Shown: positions 10,959 through 19,570 of the stretch, piece after piece | How positions within the stretch are numbered: position 1 is the first letter of the stretch | How the letters are laid out: every line of letters starts with the position of its first letter | NCBI GenBank assembly: GCA_963744715.1 | Contig: CAVUUR010000006.1 | Span: 96,001 to 160,000, forward strand | Reading direction: 5' to 3' | Length of the DNA stretch: 64,000 nucleotides | DNA from: an uncultured bacterium | Lineage (GTDB): Bacteria > Babelota > Babeliae > Babelales > JACPOV01 | Notes under the pieces: generated by a model | The model's database searches: none | Seen by the model: the letters and a program-made list of their open reading frames with translations, nothing else | Told to the model about the DNA's origin: nothing | Program-made: the position numbers and the translations under genes

Positions 10959-12206
10959 ATGATGAATACAATTCGTGGCACACAAGATTTTTTGGATATG
11001 AGCCTTTTTGATTTTATTACCCAAGCAGCCCGCAAACATCTTCAAAATTACCATCACACTGAAATTTCTACCCCCATTTTAGAACCCACAGAATTGTTCA
11101 AACGCTCGTTGGGCCTTCATACTGATGTGGTAAGTAAGGAAATGTTTACCGTACTAGCATCCGGCGATGAACAAATATGTTTGCGCCCTGAAGCTACGGC
11201 ATCAACCATGCGTTGTTTTTTAGAGCATCACGGCCAACTATTAACACCATGGAAAGTATTTTCAATCGGGCCAATGTTCCGCCATGAACGCCCCCAAAAA
11301 GGCCGTTTCAGGCAATTCCATCAAATTAACGTTGAGATTATTGATGCCCCCACGATCACCAACGATGCACTGCTGGTTACGATGCTTGACCGGTTTTTTC
11401 AGCAAACACTCTCCTTGGACACTTTTGCATTAACCATCAACTTTTTAGGATGCCCCGAAGATCGCGCTCAATTTAAAAATAAATTACACACCTTTTTGAC
11501 TAGCATTGGCCAATCAATTTGTGCCAATTGTACCGAGCGTAAAGAAAAAAATATTATGCGCGTATTTGATTGCAAAAATCCAATGTGCCAAGAGCAGTAT
11601 CGAAAAGCTCCGCATATTGCTGATAATCTATGCACGCAATGCGCACAAGAATGGCGTCAGCTCAAAGAACAACTTGAAGCATTATCTGTTTCATATACCT
11701 ATTTGCCAACGCTCGTACGCGGCCTTGATTACTATGATAAAACCGTGTTTGAATTTGTCAGTGGAGCCCTTGGCGCACAAAATGCATTTTGCAGCGGCGG
11801 ACGCTATGACCATTTAGCCGATGTTCTTGGTAGCAAAACCACGTATCCATCATTAGGGGCGGCTCTCGGCATTGAACGATTAATGTTATTACTTGAACCG
11901 CACAAAGACAAGCTAAACATGCCACAACCGCCTGCATTAGCGGTTATTATTCCTTTAGAAAATCCGCAGCATACGTTGGCTTTACTGCTTGCTGATGAAT
12001 TACATGCCAACAATGTTGCAACGGATGTTTTATTAGATGGTTCATTAAAAAGTATGATGCGAAAAGCCAATAAAATGGGTGCGCAGCATGTCATACTTAT
12101 TGGTTCAGAAGAGCAAGCTGCCGGCACCGTAGTACTAAAAAATATGATTACGGGGCAGGAAGAGCGAATTGCTCAACGGGACGTGATTACGCATTTAAAA
12201 AAATAA
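10959..12206 (+). CDS. hisS: histidine--tRNA ligase
   Basis: RGTQDF, LRPEATAS, FRHERPQKGRFRQFHQ, LVRGLDYY, GGRYD. Confidence 0.99.
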   Translation: MMNTIRGTQDFLDMSLFDFITQAARKHLQNYHHTEISTPILEPTELFKRSLGLHTDVVSKEMFTVLASGDEQICLRPEATASTMRCFLEHHGQLLTPWKVFSIGPMFRHERPQKGRFRQFHQINVEIIDAPTITNDALLVTMLDRFFQQTLSLDTFALTINFLGCPEDRAQFKNKLHTFLTSIGQSICANCTERKEKNIMRVFDCKNPMCQEQYRKAPHIADNLCTQCAQEWRQLKEQLEALSVSYTYLPTLVRGLDYYDKTVFEFVSGALGAQNAFCSGGRYDHLADVLGSKTTYPSLGAALGIERLMLLLEPHKDKLNMPQPPALAVIIPLENPQHTLALLLADELHANNVATDVLLDGSLKSMMRKANKMGAQHVILIGSEEQAAGTVVLKNMITGQEERIAQRDVITHLKK

Positions 12207-12237
12207 AGAGAGCAGATATTAATCACGCTCTCTTTAT
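12203..12237. terminator. bidirectional terminator between convergent genes
   Basis: ATAAAGAGAGC...GCTCTCTTTAT inverted repeat. Confidence 0.65.
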
Positions 12238-12259
12238 GTAATCTATAGAATATAGTTTA

Positions 12260-13132
12260 TTAATCTAGCCCTAACTCGCTGATAGCCTCATTAACAAGGC
12301 GATTCTGTTCCTTGTCCTTATTTTCTAAAGCTTTAGCTCTGTATTTATAAGCAAGAGCACCTAATGCTCCAACTGCAGCTAACGCACCAACGCCATATAC
12401 TATTTTTGAGTTTGGCACTATGCTTTGCATCGTAGGTAACGCAGGTAATTTTCCAGCAACGGCACCAGCTTGTTGCGCAATCCAACTACCAACATTTGAT
12501 ACTAATGTTTTGCCATGAGAAGCTATTGTTCCTAGTAGTTCAGGTTTGCAATAATCCAACAACGCTATACCAGAAGTTGTTGTAGCTAATGCACCAGTTC
12601 CAATAACTAATTTTGGATTACTGATTGTTACTGATTGCTGAATCTTCTGTATATAGTTGCTCATAACTTTTGAACATTTGTTCATTAAACCTGTTTTATA
12701 GATTGCGTAGCAAACACCACCAACTACAACAAAACCAACAACGCCTTGTGCTGCTAAGTAAAAATAGGCATGATCTTTGGTTAATTGCGTAAACTTGCTA
12801 CCAAATTCTTTGCTTAATCCAACAACAAAATCCGTGCTTTGTTTAAATATTTCTTGTACCTTCGCTACAAGATTTGCTTGTTGCGCAGCACTTATTTTTG
12901 GTAACTCTTCAGTTACAGTTGATTGCGCTACATTAGAAGCTTCATTAACAACTTTAGCAACGTTTGTAACAGCTGTTGCAACGGTATTGTTAACAGGAAC
13001 TAAGGATTCCTGTTCTACTGAAAGATTTCCTAGATCTGCATTTACCGAAGCAAGCCAATCCGCCTGAACTGGTAATTGTGCGCATGCAATACTCACGAGC
13101 ATTACACGAGCTATAAAACGTACATAATTCAT
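12260..13132 (-). CDS. MNYVRF-family exported membrane protein, copy 4
   Basis: Shared signal MNYVRF; several hydrophobic segments. Confidence 0.8.
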   Translation of the reverse strand: MNYVRFIARVMLVSIACAQLPVQADWLASVNADLGNLSVEQESLVPVNNTVATAVTNVAKVVNEASNVAQSTVTEELPKISAAQQANLVAKVQEIFKQSTDFVVGLSKEFGSKFTQLTKDHAYFYLAAQGVVGFVVVGGVCYAIYKTGLMNKCSKVMSNYIQKIQQSVTISNPKLVIGTGALATTTSGIALLDYCKPELLGTIASHGKTLVSNVGSWIAQQAGAVAGKLPALPTMQSIVPNSKIVYGVGALAAVGALGALAYKYRAKALENKDKEQNRLVNEAISELGLD

Positions 13133-13192
13133 AAAATAACCTCCGTTATAATTAATAAAAAATAACTGAATAAAACGTCATATAACAAAATA

Positions 13193-13720
13193 TTAATAAC
13201 CACGCACACAATCATTAACAATCAATCCGATCAATCCGAGAGATAAACAAGAATTTACAAATAGACCATAGGTATCAATACATTTTGCAACAAATCCAGC
13301 AACAAAAAAAGGCAATGCATCGGGATGCTTGTCTATAAATTGTTTGTACTGTAAGCCGATATTATCCAGCAAGGTAATAGTGGAATTCGCGCCTTGTTTA
13401 TATAATGCTTTTCCTTTATTGACACCTTGTGCATATAATTCCTGCATTTTTTTTACAAAAGCTTCACGCTGTTCAGCGCTAACCATATTTGCTAGTTGTT
13501 CACCAATAGACTGGCTTGCAGGAACTACTACTGTTGAATCAACTTCAGCAGGCGCTACCTTTGTATCCTGTACAACTGCTTGAGTCGTATTTGCATCAGA
13601 AACTACAGCCTCTTCAACCTGAATAATCACTGCAGGATTTTCTTCAGCTGCCTTGATAGATAATTGCGTAGATGCAACACTAAGAAGCATTACACCGGCC
13701 ATAAAACGTACATAATTCAT
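13193..13720 (-). CDS. MNYVRF-family exported membrane protein, copy 3
   Basis: Start placed at ATG 13720 (GGAGG RBS); first ~90 aa nearly identical to copy 2. Confidence 0.8.
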   Translation of the reverse strand: MNYVRFMAGVMLLSVASTQLSIKAAEENPAVIIQVEEAVVSDANTTQAVVQDTKVAPAEVDSTVVVPASQSIGEQLANMVSAEQREAFVKKMQELYAQGVNKGKALYKQGANSTITLLDNIGLQYKQFIDKHPDALPFFVAGFVAKCIDTYGLFVNSCLSLGLIGLIVNDCVRGY

Positions 13721-13767
13721 ATAACCTCCATTTGTGTATATATCTAAATCTTTGTAGCCACCTGGCA

Positions 13768-14271
13768 TTATAAACTACTAATAATAAGGCATGCTGGTAT
13801 GAAACGAGACAATGGTGCAAAAGGAGGCACTTTTGTCATAGCAAGGAATAAATCATACATCGCAGCTTGTAGTAGTAATGTATTAGCCCTACCGTTTAAT
13901 TCAACGCCAGTAATTTTTTTTGCTAAAATAATTCCAGTAACCAATGTAAACATTGGATGAGTGTCTACGAACTCTGCGAAATTTTCGCCAAATTTTTGCA
14001 TTTTTTTTACAAAAGCTTCACGCTGTTCCACGCTAACCATATTTGCCAATTGTTCACCAATAGATTGGCTTGCAGGAACTACTACTGTTGAATCAACTTC
14101 AGCAGGCGCTACCTGGGTATCCTCTACAACTATTTGAGTAGTATTTTCAGAAACTGCAGTATCTTCAACCTGAGTAATCACTGCAGGATTTTCTTCTGCT
14201 GCTTTAATAGATAATTGCGCAGATGCAACACTAAGAAGCATTACACCGGCTAGAAAACGTACATAATTCAT
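13768..14271 (-). CDS. MNYVRF-family exported membrane protein, copy 2
   Basis: MNYVRFLAGVMLLSVAS...; GGAGG RBS. Confidence 0.8.
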   Translation of the reverse strand: MNYVRFLAGVMLLSVASAQLSIKAAEENPAVITQVEDTAVSENTTQIVVEDTQVAPAEVDSTVVVPASQSIGEQLANMVSVEQREAFVKKMQKFGENFAEFVDTHPMFTLVTGIILAKKITGVELNGRANTLLLQAAMYDLFLAMTKVPPFAPLSRFIPACLIISSL

Positions 14272-14310
14272 ATAAATATAACCTCCATTTATACGTAAAA
14301 AACTCTAAAA

Positions 14311-15117
14311 TTATTCTTGGGTGAAAGAAAAAGCGCCCATTAAACGCTTCGTCAGCCCATTAACATCTACCGTTATGGTAGGTAATTTTTGCATAAGATC
14401 GCTACCAACTTTTGATAATGAGGCTAAAGCATCAGAAGCTAACTTGGTTGTAAATGCTGGTGCGTTAGAAATTACCTTAGTTGCAAATTCAGGATTAATT
14501 GCGGCCACTAGTGCTGCTGCACCAATGAGACCCGCTGTCACCGCTAATGTTGAACGCAATCGCAACGGTGATTTTTTTATTATTGCTTGGACCAATCCTG
14601 TCTTGTAAATTGCATAGCAGATGCCACCAATAACAACGTAACCAACAACACCTTTTGCAGCTAAATAATAGTCCGGATTATCTTTGGTTAATTGGGTAAA
14701 TTTTTCGCCAAATTCTTTGCGTAATGAACCAACAAAATCCGCACCTTGTTGATACAATGCTTGTCCCTGATTCATACTTTCTGTGTATAATTCTTTTACT
14801 GTGCTTACGAACGCTTCATACTGTTCTTTACTAAACATACTTGCTGGCTGTTCACTGAAAGATTGCTGTGTAGGGGCTTCAGGAAATTCGAGTTCACTAA
14901 CTTTACGAGAAAACTCTTTCCCATCACATTTACGAAAATTTTCTTCAAATTCATTAAAAACAGTTTGGACTGGTGTCTCGTGTTGATTAATTTTTTCTAA
15001 TTTTGCTTCTGATAGTACTTCTTCTAGAACAGTTTTTTCACCTTCTGCTTGTGCAGGTAATTGAACACATGCAAGGCTAACCAACGTTGCGGCAGTTATA
15101 AAACGTACATAATTCAT
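14311..15117 (-). CDS. MNYVRF-family exported membrane protein, copy 1
   Basis: MNYVRF start at 15117; shares KEFG.KFTQLTKD...CYAIYKTGL with copy 4. Confidence 0.8.
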   Translation of the reverse strand: MNYVRFITAATLVSLACVQLPAQAEGEKTVLEEVLSEAKLEKINQHETPVQTVFNEFEENFRKCDGKEFSRKVSELEFPEAPTQQSFSEQPASMFSKEQYEAFVSTVKELYTESMNQGQALYQQGADFVGSLRKEFGEKFTQLTKDNPDYYLAAKGVVGYVVIGGICYAIYKTGLVQAIIKKSPLRLRSTLAVTAGLIGAAALVAAINPEFATKVISNAPAFTTKLASDALASLSKVGSDLMQKLPTITVDVNGLTKRLMGAFSFTQE

Positions 15118-15172
15118 AAATATCTCCATCTATATAGAGTGATGTAAAGGGATAATAACTATTATATTCTCT

Positions 15173-15200
15173 ACTATAAATTATTTGATCTTCTTGTCAA
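15173..15200 (-). promoter_or_regulatory. sigma70-type promoter for the MNYVRF array
   Basis: TTGACA-16 nt-TATAGT on the minus strand. Confidence 0.55.
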
Positions 15201-15222
15201 CTGGGGGGAGGCAGAACATAGG

Positions 15223-15870
15223 CTATCTAAACCATATTCTCATCAGATAAAACAGGGGTGTCGTTAACAAAATACTATCGAAACGATCGAGTAAGCCGCC
15301 GTGACCACGTAAAAGTGTTCCAGCATCTTTAATACCGGCTTTTCGTTTAAGCCATGATTCTAATAAATCGCCTAAGGTTGCCGCGGTGGTAATGACCAAC
15401 CCCACAAAAGGCAGTTGCCACCACCCTATTGCTATAGTGCCTACCGATGTAGTGACAAAAAGGACTATCAACGTCGCTAAAAACCCACCGCAAAAACCTT
15501 CCCATGTTTTTTTGGGGCTAATAGTTGGCGCCATGCGATGCTTACCGCACCACGACCCAATCAGATATGCGCCCGTATCATGGCTAAAAACTATAATAAA
15601 AAGCAGCATAAGGGGCTGACGATCTAAAGGAGTTTGATTCATTACCATAAGAAGCGAAAATGGAACCATAATATATCCAATGGTTAATATGCTTGCCCAC
15701 ACTAACGAGCGCGGGCACAGCCGCGGCCACTCAACAACAAGAATAATGGCTGCAATGGCCACTAACAATAATGAAAAAACATAGGCTGGCAATAACAATA
15801 AAACGGCAAAGAAAAAACTTCCGCATACTAAGCCCGTGACAGTTCTATGTATGAGTGCCGATTGTTTCAT
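15223..15870 (-). CDS. cdsA: phosphatidate cytidylyltransferase
   Basis: DTGAY, ISPKKTWEG, GDLLESWLKR, KDAG.LL.GHGGLLDRFDS. Confidence 0.96.
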   Translation of the reverse strand: MKQSALIHRTVTGLVCGSFFFAVLLLLPAYVFSLLLVAIAAIILVVEWPRLCPRSLVWASILTIGYIMVPFSLLMVMNQTPLDRQPLMLLFIIVFSHDTGAYLIGSWCGKHRMAPTISPKKTWEGFCGGFLATLIVLFVTTSVGTIAIGWWQLPFVGLVITTAATLGDLLESWLKRKAGIKDAGTLLRGHGGLLDRFDSILLTTPLFYLMRIWFR

Positions 15871-15872
15871 AA

Positions 15873-16253
15873 CTATTCTTCGCTTGCAGGAACAAAAGCA
15901 TTAGGAATATAGGTTAAATTATAATTGCCGGGAGAACCTTCTAATAATGCAAGGTCAAAACGGTACACCATAGTATCGTAGTGATGATGCGCTATATACT
16001 GCTTTGCCGTCAAAATTATTTTTTTTTGTTTTGAAAGCGTAACAACCGTAGATAGATTAAAGTAATTGGCAGTACGGGTCTTTACCTCAACAAAAATAAG
16101 CACATTACTACGTATTGCTATAAGATCAATTTCACCATATTTTTTGCGATAATTTCGTTCTAAAATCGTAAAATGTTCCTGCTGCAACCATGTAGAAACA
16201 TAGTACTCACCCTGGGAACCAATGGTTGTACGTATATTAGAATCGGTCAACAT
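15873..16253 (-). CDS. yraN: YraN family endonuclease-like protein
   Basis: GE....WL, RNYR...GEIDLIA, FVEVKTR, RFD. Confidence 0.92.
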   Translation of the reverse strand: MLTDSNIRTTIGSQGEYYVSTWLQQEHFTILERNYRKKYGEIDLIAIRSNVLIFVEVKTRTANYFNLSTVVTLSKQKKIILTAKQYIAHHHYDTMVYRFDLALLEGSPGNYNLTYIPNAFVPASEE

Positions 16254-17196
16254 GACTTTTTTTTGCTTTATATTCAGCTACCGCCGTAGCATAGGTAGGA
16301 AATTTAGCAGTAAGTTCTTCCCGTTTTGCAGTTACTAATGGAGCATCACCTTCTATTTGGGCAAGTGCAATCTCCAACTCTATAATGCGATGTTCAAATT
16401 GGCTCATTACCGGCTGAAACTCTTTTTTTAAGTCACGCAAGCGCGCTTCTGCTTTTTGCCCTTGTTTACTATAAAAGGTAAGAATATTTGCTTCATGAGT
16501 AAAGAGATGATCAAAGCAGGTATTTTGAATTTTTTGAACTTCATCAATATATTTAGCGTACCCATTCTCCTTATTTAAATATGATAGGGTTATTTCAATG
16601 GTTCTCCTTGTTTTACTTTGATCAACATCTGGTTTTAAACAGGCGTAAAAACGGCATAAAATTTTTTTATACTGTACATATTCTGCTTGTTCTTTATCGC
16701 AACCAGGATACAGCGTAAGATACTCATCGTATAGATTGTCCGCTCGCGTGAAATCCCCTTTTTCAAAATGTATATCAGCTAACTCAAGGCGCAATATGCG
16801 CACTTCTTCATCTTGATTTCCTTGATGCTCACTTCCTTTCACAAAAATCGCCCGCTCAATTATTTTAGATGCATTATCGTATAATTTATGATCGAGAGCA
16901 TATTTCTGAGCGGTTTGCAATTCATCATCATTCATTTGTTTAGGTGATTTCTTTAATAAACTCGTTTTTTGGTACTGCTCGCGTTGTTTATTTTGTTGTT
17001 TTTTTCTCCGCTCATCGCGCGCAGCCTTACGCTCTTGTCGGTCAGACTTTCGCTCTTGGTGCATTTGCTTTTTTTTCATAGTTTTTTGTTGTTGCCCCGA
17101 TGGTGTTTGAATGGTATACGATGAACATTCAGTACGAACCATGATAGTAATGACAACAATAAGCAGCGATAAAAATTTGAAAAAAATCATAGGCAT
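16237..17196 (-). CDS. bamD: outer membrane protein assembly factor BamD-like TPR protein
   Basis: TPR pattern (LAD.HF..GDF..A...YDEYL.LYP), PDVDQSKT, HE..I..FY; has an extra basic N-terminal segment. Confidence 0.75.
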   Translation of the reverse strand: MPMIFFKFLSLLIVVITIMVRTECSSYTIQTPSGQQQKTMKKKQMHQERKSDRQERKAARDERRKKQQNKQREQYQKTSLLKKSPKQMNDDELQTAQKYALDHKLYDNASKIIERAIFVKGSEHQGNQDEEVRILRLELADIHFEKGDFTRADNLYDEYLTLYPGCDKEQAEYVQYKKILCRFYACLKPDVDQSKTRRTIEITLSYLNKENGYAKYIDEVQKIQNTCFDHLFTHEANILTFYSKQGQKAEARLRDLKKEFQPVMSQFEHRIIELEIALAQIEGDAPLVTAKREELTAKFPTYATAVAEYKAKKSHVDRF

Positions 17197-17355
17197 AAAT
17201 CTTATAGATGGTTTTTAGATATTTCATTATTATTTATACTATCATATACCAATAAGGTCATCAAGTAAGTTTGAATCGCTATCAACCTCTCCATAACTAT
17301 GTTATGTTGAGAATAAAAAATATTTTGGTCAGTGTTACCATGGAGTTTTGACACC

Positions 17356-19065
17356 ATGAAAAAGAAAGATATTGGAGAAATTCTTGTTGATGAAGGTGTT
17401 ATCACTAAGCAACAACTAACTATATGTTATCAAGTAAAACAGCAAACCGGGCAGAGTTTACAAGATTGCTTGCGCGAACATAATTTCTCTTCATCTGAAT
17501 CTATAGCAAAGGCATATGCCACATTGATTGGTGTTGAATATATTAATAAAATAACTGAAAAAATGGCTGACCCTAATCTATTGGCACAAATTCCTCTTAA
17601 ATTTTTACGTGCCAATGTGGTTATTCCTGTGATGATTAGTGATCAATTAACCCTTATCACGGCAAATCCTCATAATTTTCAACCCCTTGATGAGTTAACC
17701 ATGCTGCTCGGTGGCAATGCAGTAATTGCCGTATCAACAAGCGATACCATTCTTGATGCTATCAATCGCTATTATCCCCTTGAAGGCGCCAAGCAGATGA
17801 TTGAAGAGCTTGAGGAAGAAAAAGGATTACCAGAAGTTAGCTTTGGTGAGATAGAAGAAAAAGATATTTTAACCATGGCAAGCGAAGCACCCATCATAAA
17901 ATTGGTTAACCATATTTTAGTGCAAGCCGTTAAGCGCGGCGCCTCCGATATACATATTGAACCTTTTGAAAAAGAAGTACGAGTTCGCTATCGCATCGAT
18001 GGTATTATGTACAATGCCTTTAATCCCCCAAAAAGATTACAAGCAGCACTGACTTCACGCGTTAAAATTATGGCGGATTTAAATATAGCTGAAAAAAGAA
18101 AAACGCAGGATGGTCGTATCGAAATTAAAGTTGCTGATAAAGCAATCGACATTCGTGTTTCGGTATTGCCGGTTGTTTTCGGAGAACGGGTTGTAATGCG
18201 TTTACTTGATAAAACGAGAACATTTTCAAAACTTAAAGACCTCGGATTTAGTCAACGAGATTATGCGGTTATTGAAAAAAGTATCGCTCGACCCAACGGT
18301 ATCATTTTTGTTTCTGGTCCTACCGGTTCAGGTAAAACATCTACTTTGTATTCAATATTGACTGAATTAAACTCATCAGAAGTTAATATTGTTACCGTTG
18401 AAGATCCGGTTGAATATCAAATGCCTGGCATTGGCCAAGTGCAAGTGAAGGAAAACATAGGGCTTACTTTTGCCGCTGCATTACGTTCAATTTTGCGACA
18501 AGATCCGGATATTATCATGATCGGTGAAACGCGTGACGAAGAAACGGCACAAATTGCTATACAAGCAGCACTTACCGGCCACCTAGTGCTCAGTACTATT
18601 CATACCAATAATGCTCCCGCAACCATTACACGCTTAATCGATATGGGCATAGAACCTTTCTTAATTTCTTCATCGGTAGTGGCAATTTTAGCACAGCGAT
18701 TGGTAAGAAAATTGTGTCCTTTGTGTAAAGTTGAATATAAACCATCCCTTGAACAAATACAAAGTATTGGCCTGACTAAACATGAAGCTGATCAGATAAC
18801 TTTTTTTAAACCAGTTGGTTGTGAAGAGTGCAATATGACCGGATATAAAGGGCGTATGGCAGTTTTTGAAATTATGGAAATAACCAATGCCATTGCTAAA
18901 CTAACCATGGAACGCGCTAATATGTCAGTCATCCGCAAGCAAGCTGTTGCCGAGGGAATGACCTTACTTATTCAAGATGGTATCAGAAAAATTAAAGACG
19001 GTTTGACAACAATACAGGAAGTGGTGCGTGTTGCTGCATCTGAGGAAGAATTAGTTGATGAATGA
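17356..19065 (+). CDS. gspE: type II secretion / type IV pilus assembly ATPase (GspE/PilB)
   Basis: MshEN-like IGEILVDEGVIT, ASDIHIEP, GPTGSGKT, LRQDPD, AALTGHLV and a tetracysteine motif. Confidence 0.93.
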   Translation: MKKKDIGEILVDEGVITKQQLTICYQVKQQTGQSLQDCLREHNFSSSESIAKAYATLIGVEYINKITEKMADPNLLAQIPLKFLRANVVIPVMISDQLTLITANPHNFQPLDELTMLLGGNAVIAVSTSDTILDAINRYYPLEGAKQMIEELEEEKGLPEVSFGEIEEKDILTMASEAPIIKLVNHILVQAVKRGASDIHIEPFEKEVRVRYRIDGIMYNAFNPPKRLQAALTSRVKIMADLNIAEKRKTQDGRIEIKVADKAIDIRVSVLPVVFGERVVMRLLDKTRTFSKLKDLGFSQRDYAVIEKSIARPNGIIFVSGPTGSGKTSTLYSILTELNSSEVNIVTVEDPVEYQMPGIGQVQVKENIGLTFAAALRSILRQDPDIIMIGETRDEETAQIAIQAALTGHLVLSTIHTNNAPATITRLIDMGIEPFLISSSVVAILAQRLVRKLCPLCKVEYKPSLEQIQSIGLTKHEADQITFFKPVGCEECNMTGYKGRMAVFEIMEITNAIAKLTMERANMSVIRKQAVAEGMTLLIQDGIRKIKDGLTTIQEVVRVAASEEELVDE

Positions 19066-19570
19066 GCAACAACGTGAAAAAAATGGTTTTTCGTTAATTA
19101 CAATCATTATAATCCTAGCGCTCGTAGCATTATTAGTTAGTATTTCGTTGCCACGACTTTCTTTTATCCATCATTATATGCTTCGCTCAGAACTTGAAAA
19201 AATGCGCATGATCATTATGTATACGCATCAAAAAGCCATAGCCGGCAATCGGCAGCAGATTATTACCCTTGATAGCACCCATCATGCATATAATATTACC
19301 GATAGTAATGAACCATTATCCTCATGGGTTCAATTTGGCTTTTTACCCCATAGTTATGGACCGCCATCAAACCCGACCATGCCCCTGAAAACAGCTATTA
19401 CGTTTGTTAATAACAAAATAATATGTTATCCGGATGGAACTATTTCAGCAGGATCAATGTATCTTGTTGATTGTAATAAAAAGTATATGTACGTACTCAC
19501 GTGTCCCGTTGATGATATTAACTATTTACGCATCTATAAATACGATCAAAGGTGGGTACCCATATCATGA
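19055..19570 (+). CDS. type II secretion pseudopilin (GspH/FimT-like)
   Basis: Prepilin-like KNG|FSLI followed by a hydrophobic helix; directly after gspE. Confidence 0.7.
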   Translation: MMNEQQREKNGFSLITIIIILALVALLVSISLPRLSFIHHYMLRSELEKMRMIIMYTHQKAIAGNRQQIITLDSTHHAYNITDSNEPLSSWVQFGFLPHSYGPPSNPTMPLKTAITFVNNKIICYPDGTISAGSMYLVDCNKKYMYVLTCPVDDINYLRIYKYDQRWVPIS

